In this document: positions 1 through 9,186 of the stretch, in pieces
Layout: every line of letters starts with the position of its first letter
How positions within the stretch are numbered: the stretch's first letter is position 1
From: Nitrospinales bacterium
GTDB lineage: Bacteria > Nitrospinota > Nitrospinia > Nitrospinales > VA-1
Length of the DNA stretch: 64,000 bases
Direction of reading: 5' to 3'
NCBI GenBank assembly: GCA_965223795.1
Contig: CBDCXL010000002.1
Span: 2,784,001 to 2,848,000 of the forward strand
Notes under the pieces: model-generated
Told to the model about the DNA's origin: nothing
Databases searched by the model: none
Seen by the model: only the letters and a program-made list of their open reading frames with translations
Position numbers and translations under genes: made by a program

Positions 1-113
1 ACGAGCTGGTTCCCGTGGACAACGGCCACAAGGCGTACGCGGGCAACGGCGGCAAAAAAGCGGTCAACGGCAAGAAGGGCCATCTGAAACTGAAGCATTC
101 TGTGAATGGGTAG
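1..113 (+). CDS. 3' end of an upstream CDS (truncated by window edge)
   Basis: Frame 3 is open from the edge (ELVPVDNG...HSVNG) to TAG 111-113, overlapping the hisB ATG at 106. Confidence 0.55.
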   Translation, partial: ELVPVDNGHKAYAGNGGKKAVNGKKGHLKLKHSVNG

Positions 114-693
114 AACGTCTCAAGTTACGCGTGCGACACGGGAAACTGAAATCCAGGTCGAGGTCAATATTGACGGAACGGGAAAGCAGGACATCCAGAC
201 TTCCATTCCGTTTCTCGATCACATGCTTTCTCAATTGGCGAAGCATGGCTTTTTCGACCTGAAGGTCGCAGCAAAAGGAGACATTCACATCGATTACCAC
301 CACACGGTGGAGGATGTGGGCATCACACTGGGGCAGGCGTTCGACAAGGCCCTGGGAGATAAAAAGGGCATCCGCCGCTTTGCCCAGGCGTCGGTTCCGC
401 TGAACGAGGCGCTCGCCAATTGCGTGGTCGACATTTCCGGCCGCGCTTTTTTCGTGTTCGATCTCGATCTGCCCAAATCCAAAATCGGCCAGTTCGACGT
501 CGAACTGGTGCCGGAGTTTTTCCAGGCGTTCTCCGCCAACAGCGGCCTCACCCTGCATTTTCATTCCTGCTACTGGAGCAACCTCCACCACATCGTCGAA
601 GCGCTGTTCAAATCCTTCGCCCGCGCGCTGGACCAGGCCTGCGCGCTGGACCCGCGTTCCCAGGCCATACCGTCCACCAAGGGAAAGCTGTGA
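106..693 (+). CDS. hisB: Imidazoleglycerol-phosphate dehydratase
   Basis: R-x-T-x-ET start, DYHHTVEDVGI and NLHHIVEALFK motifs, PSTKG end. Confidence 0.97.
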   Translation: MGRTSQVTRATRETEIQVEVNIDGTGKQDIQTSIPFLDHMLSQLAKHGFFDLKVAAKGDIHIDYHHTVEDVGITLGQAFDKALGDKKGIRRFAQASVPLNEALANCVVDISGRAFFVFDLDLPKSKIGQFDVELVPEFFQAFSANSGLTLHFHSCYWSNLHHIVEALFKSFARALDQACALDPRSQAIPSTKGKL

Positions 694-1319
694 TCGCCAT
701 CATCGATTACGGCATGGGCAATCTGCGTTCGGTGCAGAAAGGATTCGAGTCGGTCGGCGCCGACGCGGTGGTGACGCACGACAAAGACACGATCCTGGGG
801 GCGCGGTCCGTGGTGCTGCCCGGTGTGGGCGCGTTCAAGGACTGCATGCGCAACCTCACACAGCTCGATCTGGTGGATGTGGTGCACCGGTCGGTGCAGA
901 GCGGAAAGCCGTTTCTCGGCATCTGCCTGGGTCTGCAGCTTCTGTTCAGCCAGAGCGAAGAGTTCGGTCAAGTCCCCGGACTGGGGATTCTGCCTGGCGA
1001 GGTGGTGGGTTTTTCGGGCCGCACCGGCGGCGCCGGGCGCCAACCGGGGCTCAAGATCCCGCACATGGGCTGGAACACCGTGCAGGTGCGCGGCGACAAT
1101 CCGCTGTTCCAATCGATCCCGGACGATTCGTATTTTTACTTTGTGCATTCCTATTACGTGGTGCCGCAAAATCCCGAGGATGTCGCCACCACGACGCAAT
1201 ACGGCGTGGAGTTCGTTTCCAGCGTGCACCACGAGAACATCCACGCGTTCCAGTTTCACCCGGAAAAAAGCCAGAAACTGGGCCTCGCCCTGCTGAAAAA
1301 CTTCTCCCAACTGAACTGA
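690..1319 (+). CDS. hisH: Imidazole glycerol phosphate synthase glutaminase subunit
   Basis: GTG 690 overlaps hisB stop; IIDYGMGNLRSV, PGVGAF, GICLGLQ, PHMGWN, FQFHPEKS. Confidence 0.97.
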   Translation: MIAIIDYGMGNLRSVQKGFESVGADAVVTHDKDTILGARSVVLPGVGAFKDCMRNLTQLDLVDVVHRSVQSGKPFLGICLGLQLLFSQSEEFGQVPGLGILPGEVVGFSGRTGGAGRQPGLKIPHMGWNTVQVRGDNPLFQSIPDDSYFYFVHSYYVVPQNPEDVATTTQYGVEFVSSVHHENIHAFQFHPEKSQKLGLALLKNFSQLN

Positions 1320-1383
1320 AGCGCCGCAACGCGACATGAGCTGCGTGGCGGGTCCCGGTTTTTTAAAGCTCAAGGCGTGAGGG

Positions 1384-2283
1384 ATGGAAACCTCTTCCCA
1401 TTATCTGCGCGGGGTTCTGCTGGCGGGGGTGACGACGGTCCTTTGGGGCGTCCTGCCGATCTTTCTTGAGATCGCACTCAACGAACTTTCCCCCGGAACC
1501 ATCGCCTGGTTCCGCTTCCTGTTTTCCTTCCTGCTGCTGTTCGCTTTGCTGGCGCTCAACGGCTCGGCGCCCACGCGCATCCTCAGCCGGCCGCCGCTGC
1601 TGGGACTCTTGGCGGGGGCGGCGCTTTCGGCCAATTACTTCGGCGTCACCGAGGCGATCCGTCTGTCCAGCCCCTCCAACGTGGCGATCCTGATTCAGCT
1701 GGCGCCGGTGATGCTGGTCATCGTCGGCGTGGTCTTTTTCAAGGAACGGCTGGCGGCCCTGCAGGCACTGGGGTTCGCCGTGGCCGCCGCCGGTTTCGTG
1801 CTGTTCTACCGGGATCAGCGCGGCGGCGTGGTGGATCTGGGAGCCTATTCCACGGCGTGGTGGTACATCCTGATGGCGACCACGGTGTGGGTGCTTTACA
1901 TTTCCTGCCAGAAAATCCTCAGCCGCTCGTTCGGCGCGCAGTCGCTGAACCTGCTGGTCTACGGCACGGCTTCGATCGCGCTTTTGCCGCTGGTGCGCTG
2001 GGCGGAGTTCGCGCCCCTGAGCGCGGCGGGGTGGGGGGTGCTGCTGTTTCTCGGGCTCAACACGCTGCTCGCTTACGGGGCGCTGGCCGAGGCGGTGAAG
2101 CACATCCCGCTCACCGTCATCAGCCCGCTCATCACGCTCAACCCGCTGATCACGCTGGCGGGGATGTGGGTGCTGCCGCGTTTCGTGCCGGATAGGCTGG
2201 CCGTGGAAGCGATCGGCCCGCTGGGGTACGCGGGCGCCGTCGTCGCGGTGGCCGGCGTGGCGCTTGTGGTGATGAAAAAGTGA
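1384..2283 (+). CDS. DMT/EamA family transporter
   Basis: 299 aa, about 10 hydrophobic segments in two EamA-like halves. Confidence 0.85.
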   Translation: METSSHYLRGVLLAGVTTVLWGVLPIFLEIALNELSPGTIAWFRFLFSFLLLFALLALNGSAPTRILSRPPLLGLLAGAALSANYFGVTEAIRLSSPSNVAILIQLAPVMLVIVGVVFFKERLAALQALGFAVAAAGFVLFYRDQRGGVVDLGAYSTAWWYILMATTVWVLYISCQKILSRSFGAQSLNLLVYGTASIALLPLVRWAEFAPLSAAGWGVLLFLGLNTLLAYGALAEAVKHIPLTVISPLITLNPLITLAGMWVLPRFVPDRLAVEAIGPLGYAGAVVAVAGVALVVMKK

Positions 2284-2319
2284 CTCAGATTCTGTTCCAA
2301 CTGCGATTTATCGACTGCT

Positions 2320-2344
2320 AAAAAAACGGGTCCCGAAGGACCCG
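2320..2344 (-). terminator. Intrinsic terminator
   Basis: cgggtcc/ggacccg 7-bp stem with A7 run (U7 on minus strand) between convergent genes. Confidence 0.7.
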
Positions 2345-2385
2345 GCTCTTGGTTGCCCTCGAACAAAAAATAATCGGACCGAATA

Positions 2386-3020
2386 TCAAAGCTTGCTCAT
2401 AACGTGTTGAGCCACGGCCCTGGTCCGCTCCAGAGCCACTTCGTCATCTTTTAATCCATTTAAAATGATGTTCATCTGATAGTGTTTATTCCAGAAGACC
2501 CAAAGTTGAAATGATTTCGGCATGGTCATCTTGACCGCAACGTCTCCTAGACCAGGAACTTTCTCCGCTTTCATCTCGATTCCTTCAAATTGCTTTTGCT
2601 GCGTTTCGAGGAACGCTTTAGCGGTTTTGGGATTTTCGACTTTTCCCACATGCTTGACCATCAACGATACGAATTTGAAGAGTCCGGATTTCTTTCCGGT
2701 AAAACCGCAATGCGAAATGGTCACGCTTTTGGCTTTGACCTTCTGCAGCAGATCGTGAGTTTTGCGGTCCGGCTCTCCAACTTCCTCACCCAGAAGGTTT
2801 GCGGGGTCCGCTTCGGCCAGCAACGCACACGCATCGAACTGCACTTCTGAGGAAGCCGGGCTCGCTGCTAATTTTGTTTGCGATCCCTCCTCCGATTTGC
2901 CGCAGGCGGTAAACAGGATTGCAAAGAGGAAAAAGAAACATGCCGTGAGTGCCGGAACGGGACTCTGTCAGCTGATAGTGCTTTGTTCAGGAACCGGTTC
3001 GGTTGTGTGTGCGTTTTCAT
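2386..3020 (-). CDS. Hypothetical lipoprotein, apparent 1-nt frameshift near 2960
   Basis: The 2386..2844 frame extends upstream through FFFLFAILFTAC-GK (lipobox) to an in-frame TGA; ATG at 3020 joins it if one C is added to the run at 2959-2961. Confidence 0.55.
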
Positions 3021-3177
3021 GGCCGGTTGCGATGTTGAGTGAGAAGGGGAGCGGGCCGCATCTGCGCGGAGCGTTCGCTCAAAGCCTTTTTGCGTATGAG
3101 GTTAAGATACCTGATTTGCGGGAATATTCCAGCAAAGGCGGGTGCGTTTTCCCACGGGCATTGAAAAACCGCCGTTT

Positions 3178-3765
3178 TCAGCCGCCGGTTTGTTCCGCGC
3201 CCCAGGGGTACAGCCGGGGAATGCAGATCGTCAGCGCCGCGGCCAGAGCGATCGCGATGGCGGAACCGACGAAGAACAGCGTCCAGGTGTCGGGTTTCAT
3301 GGAGCCCAGCGCCACGATGAGAAACAGCATGGGCAGGTCGAGGTAATGGGTGAAGGAGGGGAGGGTTTTGGCCCGTTCGTTTTCCAGTTCCGGAGTGATG
3401 TTTCCCGTTTTCAGAGCCGCGTCCGTCAGCCTGCGCAGCCGCATGAAGTAGAGCCGCGTGATCGTGTTGCCTTCGATGAACTCGAAGGCGAACAACAGCA
3501 CCATGCCCGCCAGCCAGGGGCTTTGAAGGAAGGACCAGCCGGGAAAGAGATCGACCACCATCCAGGTTCCCGATATCAGCAGCAGGATCGCGCCGGGAAC
3601 CACGACGCCGTCGTAAAACACCGCGATGTTGCGCACCGATTCGGCGAACAGCTTCAGGTCGCGGTACTGGCGGGAGCGCAGGTCGCACAGCCAGACGCCG
3701 ATCAGGCCTGCGCCGATCAGGATGGCCCCGAGCACGTGGATGAAGTTGAACAGCGTGTAGGTCAT
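3178..3765 (-). CDS. DUF2269-like integral membrane protein
   Basis: FIHVLGAILIGAG first helix, about 5 TM segments, LGSMKP motif. Confidence 0.65.
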   Translation of the reverse strand: MTYTLFNFIHVLGAILIGAGLIGVWLCDLRSRQYRDLKLFAESVRNIAVFYDGVVVPGAILLLISGTWMVVDLFPGWSFLQSPWLAGMVLLFAFEFIEGNTITRLYFMRLRRLTDAALKTGNITPELENERAKTLPSFTHYLDLPMLFLIVALGSMKPDTWTLFFVGSAIAIALAAALTICIPRLYPWGAEQTGG

Positions 3766-3778
3766 TTGCAGTCCTGGT

Positions 3779-4498
3779 TCAGTTGATCCGGTAATGCCGC
3801 ACCAGCTCGATCAGGGGATTGACGAGCTCCGATTCCGGCAATACATGAAAAATATAGCGGGGCACCTGGCGGCCGACGGTGCTGGCCATGAAGGGCTCGC
3901 CCCAGAAACTCAGCAGGATTTCCGATTCCTTGTCCGAGCCGATGTTGGAAACGATGACCGATACGTTTTCGTCGATCTGGGTCCAGCAGGGTTCGCGGAT
4001 CTTGTCTTTTTCGGGGCAGGCTTCCAGTTTCGGGGCCAGATCCGACTGCCAAAGCTCTTTCTGTCCGGAATCCATCACAAACTGAATCGAATCGACGCGC
4101 GGGTTCTCGATGGCCGGCCGCAGCAACAGATCGAACAGCTCCTGCCGCCGGAACATCAACGGGCAGATATGAAACCAGATCATTTCCCCCTGCGCGCGGA
4201 CGGAGAAATCCTTCGTCACCGAACGCAGTTTTTTGGGGCCGACGAGCACCACTTCTGAAGGGACGATGTTCGCCTGCACCGACTTCACGCACTCGCGCGT
4301 GTCGAGCAGGTGTTCCTCCATGCGTTCGTAGCTGCTCTCGCGGCGCAGGTCGCGCAGAAACAGCAGCGCGATCAGAACCACGGCGACGCTCAGCAGGATG
4401 CTGAGGTCCACCACATGGAAAAAGTGCAGGATGATGGCCGCCACCGCGGCGACGATTCCGGCGATCGCATCCCAGTCGATGCGGGCTATTTTTTTCAT
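3779..4498 (-). CDS. Hypothetical protein, two N-terminal TM helices plus soluble domain
   Basis: 239-aa ORF with host-like codon use, 13 nt from the next gene. Confidence 0.75.
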   Translation of the reverse strand: MKKIARIDWDAIAGIVAAVAAIILHFFHVVDLSILLSVAVVLIALLFLRDLRRESSYERMEEHLLDTRECVKSVQANIVPSEVVLVGPKKLRSVTKDFSVRAQGEMIWFHICPLMFRRQELFDLLLRPAIENPRVDSIQFVMDSGQKELWQSDLAPKLEACPEKDKIREPCWTQIDENVSVIVSNIGSDKESEILLSFWGEPFMASTVGRQVPRYIFHVLPESELVNPLIELVRHYRIN

Positions 4499-4658
4499 TC
4501 CGGTCCCCAGGTTGGTCGTTTGCGTAGAAATGTTGCGGCACGGGTGCCATGCCCGCCGAGTTGTAACACTTTTATAGCGGCAATGGCGGAATTTTTAAAG
4601 GAGAGCCACGCTGGAGACCGGGGGTTCCGTATGCCGGATCGGGCCCGTGCGCGATCCG

Positions 4659-5643
4659 TCACCGGGGTTTGACGCCGGTGAGCACGCCCGTGGGAATGGC
4701 CTGCACGCGGAAATGGCGGATGTCCTTGATGCCCGCGTCTTGCAGCCAGCCCGTTTTTTCCTGCACCGGGTGCGCGCGGCCGCCTTCGGTGAGCATGCCC
4801 ATGTTGAGGTTGAACAGCGCGTCCTGGACCGGCGCGGTGTCGCCTTCGTCGGTGCAGAAGCCGTGGATGACGAGGCGGCCGCCCGGCTCCAGCGCGTTCA
4901 CGGCTTTGGCGATCAGCGCCTGCCCGGCGTCGGGCGGGTACATGTGCAGCACGTTGGCGAGGAGCACGAGGTCGTAGCCCGTGATCGTCCTTGTTGAAAT
5001 CGCCCGGTTGCGTGTCCACCCGGTCCGCCAGCCCGTAGCGCTCGATGTACAGCTTGGCCACCTCCAGCACGGGCGGGATGTCGAACACGGTGGCGTGCAG
5101 GTGGTTGTGCAGCTTCGCCCATTCGAGCGCATAGGTGCCCGGCCCGCCGCCGACGTCGAGCATCCGGGTGGCCTCGCCGATGGGCAGTTCGCGCGCCAGC
5201 AGCCAGGTGGCCTTGAGGCCCTTGTCGTGCATGGCGTCGATGAAAGCGCGCATGTTGTGCGGGTCGTTGCCCAGCATGTCCATGATGCTTTTCACCATGT
5301 TGCCGTAGCGGATGAACTCCGGCAGCTGGTTCCACACCGGCTGCAGGTCCATCGAGAGCTGGATCCACTGCTGCATCGAGTGAGCGCCGTCGCGGCAGAG
5401 GTAGCTCTGCCAGTCCTGCGGCAGGTGGAACTTGTGGCTGTCCTTGCTCACGATGCCGAGCGCGGTGAGCGCGTTGAGCAGCCGCTCGGTGCCCTTGACC
5501 GAAAGGCCGAGCTTGTCGGCCACCGCTTCCGCCGATACGGGTGCCTTGAGTTCGTCGAAGATCTTGAGGTGGTTCGCCGTCATGAGGACGCAGGCCGGCT
5601 GGTAACCGTGCAGCATCTCGCCGATCGTCTTTTCGATTTCCAT
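4659..5643 (-). CDS. SAM-dependent O-methyltransferase (dimerisation + Methyltransf_2 domains), frameshift near 4983
   Basis: MLDVGGGPGTY motif in the 5' frame; GYDLVLLANVLH...PGGRLVI continues in a second frame after PGDFNKDD. Confidence 0.8.
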
Positions 5644-5804
5644 AACGCTTTCCTGATAGGGGGTTGTGGGTGCGGAACCATTGTACCAGCGCCGCCCCGG
5701 CGCGGGGGAAGGAATTTTATTCCCGGATAAAGGCGGGAATCCGGAGAAAATTTTGAGGGGAATTAAATAGTAACTGATAAATCAATTGAAGAAAAAAATT
5801 TAGA

Positions 5805-6725
5805 CTATGTAGGTTTCTTGATAAGTGTTCTATTTCCTGCCCGAAATGCTAAAGGATCTTCATCTGTCAATGTTGTTGTATATCTTCTATGATCAAGAAG
5901 TTCCAAAAAATTCATTTCCGAACCTGTCTTAGGTTTTATTTTATCTTCTCCAACTTCTTCTATTTCGACACCAGTATTATGAGCTGCTTCAATCAGTCTT
6001 TCTTTAGTAATCTTTTCTAAATCATTCCGAACTTGTAAGCCTGAAATTATTCTTGCGGCTCTTTTTTTGCCAGAAACGAATTCTGCTAAATCTGTAAACT
6101 CCACACAACTAATTCGTTCTCCTAAGCCCAAGGTTTTTTCCTTTGCTTTTTCCATTACAATATTTTCCAAGTCTGCTACAAATTCAAAACTACTTGGCCT
6201 TAAAATGTAAACATTTTTTGAGGTGATGATAAAATCAAAATCTTTGTCGATGGTAAATAAATCTTCATTTAATACTTCAAATGTATTATCAACTAATTTG
6301 ATAAATCTTCCTTTTTGTTTAAGAGTTCTTTTAAAAACTGTAGCCTTTCTTACTCCAATTATTTTGTTTTTTTTATTATCTCGAAAAACACAATAGTAAA
6401 AAACCATTGAACTTAAGTCTTCGAGAATTTTTGTGTTTTCTTGCCAACCTTCTGAATTAAAAATTTCATTTATTTTTGACATCTCGGATTGATCAGTGGA
6501 GATGATTAAGCGTTCCTTTTTTTCATACTTCTGAGAAAGTTCAAAATTGTCCCAAGTATCAATTTCAAACTTTAGTTGTTTTATTGTATCTAAAAGCGTA
6601 AGTTCAAAAAGTTTTTGAGCCTCTTTGTCAACAGGAACGAAATACTGATCCGAGTCATCTTCATTTTCAATGCATGCTATAAATTCTACTGATTTAATTT
6701 TCTCTAAATTAAAGCCTTCGAGCAT
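5805..6725 (-). CDS. kwaB: Kiwa anti-phage protein KwaB-like (DUF4868)
   Basis: AT-rich 306 aa; KIIGVRKATVFK, FTIDKDFDFI, FEFVADL, FLELLDHRRY resemble KwaB; follows a KwaA-like membrane gene. Confidence 0.7.
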   Translation of the reverse strand: MLEGFNLEKIKSVEFIACIENEDDSDQYFVPVDKEAQKLFELTLLDTIKQLKFEIDTWDNFELSQKYEKKERLIISTDQSEMSKINEIFNSEGWQENTKILEDLSSMVFYYCVFRDNKKNKIIGVRKATVFKRTLKQKGRFIKLVDNTFEVLNEDLFTIDKDFDFIITSKNVYILRPSSFEFVADLENIVMEKAKEKTLGLGERISCVEFTDLAEFVSGKKRAARIISGLQVRNDLEKITKERLIEAAHNTGVEIEEVGEDKIKPKTGSEMNFLELLDHRRYTTTLTDEDPLAFRAGNRTLIKKPT

Positions 6726-6726
6726 T

Positions 6727-7312
6727 TTAGCTATTATCCTTTTCTATGAGGACATTGTCGCTAAGTCTATAGGCATTGATATGTAAGTCTTTGCTGAGAA
6801 ATGGTTTTTTTGAGAGAACAACAAATAGTACGGGATGATTAAGGTCATTCGCGGTGCCTGTTGCAGCAAATACTGTAAAAACTTTATAGCCAAAAACTGC
6901 AAAACTAAGGTTCATGTAGTGCAGTTTCATGTGCCAAAAAATAAAAATAATAAATCCAAACGCTAAAACTAAAGCAGGGGAATAATTCTCTGGTAGAACT
7001 CATGTCTGATTGATAAAGAGGAATCAGCATTGCAAATAAGTACACCAAAAGATGATCGCTATGATCTGAGGCTTCAGCAACTATAATAGTTCTTTTGTCA
7101 TTATTTTTTTTTGCTAAATAAACTCTTAGCCAAAGTATAAAGTTAGGGATAATAATTAGAGAAAGACATATTTGAGTTAAGAGGCAATCATTAATAGCAT
7201 TAGTTCCTTTAGCCCACCATAAAACGAATAAAGGGGTAAAGCTACTAAGTACCATCATAAATCGAGTAAACCCTAAACCTGATGTCATAGAATTACCCAA
7301 TTTCTTATTCAA
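6727..7312 (-). CDS. kwaA: Kiwa anti-phage membrane protein KwaA-like, frameshift at 6977-6980
   Basis: LSSFTPLF, HLLVYLFAMLIPL, HYMNLSFAVFGYKVF; removing one C of a C4 run fuses ORFs 6905..7312 and 6727..6930 into a 4-TM protein. Confidence 0.7.
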
Positions 7313-7359
7313 TTATATATATTCGCATTGGGTAGTAATGTATTCCCAAATGCCGAAAA

Positions 7360-7827
7360 CTACCGATTCCGCGACTTCATGGCCTTGTCGATTTCGCGCT
7401 GGGCTTCGCGTTTCTTGAGGGTGGCGCGCTTGTCGTGCATCTTTTTGGCTTTGGCGAGGGAGAGCTCGACCTTGGCGCGGCCGTCCTTGAAGTACATCTT
7501 GAGCGGGATCAGGTTGTAGCCTTTTTCCTGCGATTTGCCGATCAGCCGGTTGATCTCGCGCTTGTTGAGCAGCAGCTTGCGTTTGCGCAACGGGTGGTGG
7601 CTGAACTGGCTGGCCGGGGAGTAGGGGTTGATGTGGCAGTTGTGCAGCCAGACCTCGCCGCGCTCGACGGTGGCGTAGCTGTCCAGCATATTGGCCTTGC
7701 CCTCGCGCAGCGATTTCACCTCGCTGCCCTGGAGCACGAGCCCGGCCTCGATGCTCTCTTCGATGAAGTAGTTGTGCCGGGCTTTCTTGTTCTGGCAGAT
7801 GATCTTGATTCCGTCTTGTTTATTCAT
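7360..7827 (-). CDS. smpB: SsrA-binding protein
   Basis: NKKARHNY, EAGLVLQGSEVKSLR, RKLLLNKREI, KKMHDKR. Confidence 0.98.
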   Translation of the reverse strand: MNKQDGIKIICQNKKARHNYFIEESIEAGLVLQGSEVKSLREGKANMLDSYATVERGEVWLHNCHINPYSPASQFSHHPLRKRKLLLNKREINRLIGKSQEKGYNLIPLKMYFKDGRAKVELSLAKAKKMHDKRATLKKREAQREIDKAMKSRNR

Positions 7828-7863
7828 GCAAATAATGTATATCGGAATTTGAAAAAGGCGGAT

Positions 7864-7884
7864 CGCGCAAAGGCGCAAAGACGC
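7864..7884 (+). repeat. Motif B repeat (CGCAAAG-nCGCAAAG)
   Basis: cgcgcaaaggcgcaaagacgc; same motif at 50108, 50161, 51335, 61335, 61380, 62174. Confidence 0.8.
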
Positions 7885-7896
7885 ATTAGACAAGGA

Positions 7897-8304
7897 TTAT
7901 TCCTCAAGATTATTGACCAATCGGACAATTCCTTTTGATTTCGATCAGCGCTTCTCCGAAATTGATCAACAAGCCCCACTGCTTTTCCTGTCGGCCAATC
8001 GCAGATAGGTCAAAAGCTGCTTTTTATGAACCTGGGAGAGGCTCCACAGATTTCAACTCGATCAAAATAGAATCGGTTTTCCACGAGGAGATCCGCCACA
8101 AAGCCTTCGTCGAACGGGCGAGTTTTCATCAAAACGGATATTGATGGGTTTTTGCGCTTTCAATATGACAGCCCTCTGTTTCGTCAAGCTCATGGAATCA
8201 AGACATTTTTCATACACAGATTCCAGCAGCCCAGGACCCAACGTGGAATGTACACTTTATAGGCCGCAACCGACGATTATTTCAGTCAATTCCTTGAATT
8301 CCAT
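7897..8304 (-). pseudogene. GxxExxY family (PD-(D/E)XK-like) protein, multiply frameshifted
   Basis: Manual translation across frames: MEFKELTEIIVGC..VHSTLGPGLLESVYEKCL..QKPINIRF..ADLLVEN..IELKSVE..HKKQLLTYLRLA..GLLINFG..GIVRLVNNLEE. Confidence 0.9.
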
Positions 8305-8322
8305 GGCATTGAATTTATCGGG

Positions 8323-8342
8323 TTTTATCCTGTTATCCTGTC
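8323..8342 (-). repeat. Motif A repeat (GACAGGAT-n-ACAGGATAAAA)
   Basis: ttttatcctgttatcctgtc; contains the stop codon of the upstream DUF62 gene. Confidence 0.8.
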
Positions 8343-9130
8343 TGATTTTTTAGCTTTAAAGTCACCTTTGTCCCCACCCTGGCCTTGAGCTGGTTGGCGG
8401 CGTGGCCCTCGCGGCAGAAGATCTCGATGGCGTCCCAGCTGTTGATAAGCCAGCCGATCTCTTCCTCTTTGCAGGCGGAATAATTTGCATATGGGCCGCC
8501 GATCTTCTGCTTTCCCAGAAAAACTTCATACTTATCAATTGGTTGTGGCTTGCCGCCCGATGCGTTGCCTTTAAGGTTGCTCATGAGGTTGCCGAACCGG
8601 TCGATGTGCACGATCTCGCCGCGCGTGCCGGTTTTTGTGGTCTCGGGCCGGGGCAGGGCGAGTGTTACGGGGTCGGTGATCTTGTTTCCCATCTGGGCCA
8701 GGGAGGTGCCTTTGGCGATCCAGGCGGCGACGGGGGCGAACACGTCGCGGCCGTGGAAGGTGGCGGACACGTTTTTGAGGAAATACTTGCGGTTCGCCAG
8801 CGCGACGGCCTTGCTGCGGGGGGTGAGGACCGGGGTCAGCACGCCGTTGTCGGGCGCCACGAAAAACGCGCCGCCGGACTGGACGGCGAGGGCGCGCCGG
8901 CCGCTGCCGACGCCGGGATCGACGACGACGCAGTGCACGGTGCCGGCGGGGAACCAGGGATGCGCCGCTTCCAGCACGTGCGCCGCCTGCTTGAGGTTTC
9001 CGGGCTCGACGGCATGCGTGATGTCCACGATCCGCGCTTCCGGCGCGATGCCCAGGATGACGCCCTTCATGATGCCGGCGAAGGGGTCGTCGAGGCCGAA
9101 ATCGGTTGTCAGGGTGATGACGGGAGCCAT
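8333..9130 (-). CDS. SAM hydrolase / SAM-dependent halogenase family (DUF62)
   Basis: ITLTTDFG, VVDPGVGSGR, APDNG, TFHGRDVFAP, IDRFGNL. Confidence 0.93.
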   Translation of the reverse strand: MAPVITLTTDFGLDDPFAGIMKGVILGIAPEARIVDITHAVEPGNLKQAAHVLEAAHPWFPAGTVHCVVVDPGVGSGRRALAVQSGGAFFVAPDNGVLTPVLTPRSKAVALANRKYFLKNVSATFHGRDVFAPVAAWIAKGTSLAQMGNKITDPVTLALPRPETTKTGTRGEIVHIDRFGNLMSNLKGNASGGKPQPIDKYEVFLGKQKIGGPYANYSACKEEEIGWLINSWDAIEIFCREGHAANQLKARVGTKVTLKLKNQTG

Positions 9131-9186
9131 GCCACCAGTTTAAAGGAAGGCGCCGGTTCGGGCCATTCTTTTGGGTGGGAGAGGGA

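Noticed and set aside
7312..8333. tmRNA (ssrA) beside smpB
   Set aside because: No tRNA-like ends or tag reading frame; the space is explained by a hairpin and the GxxExxY remnant
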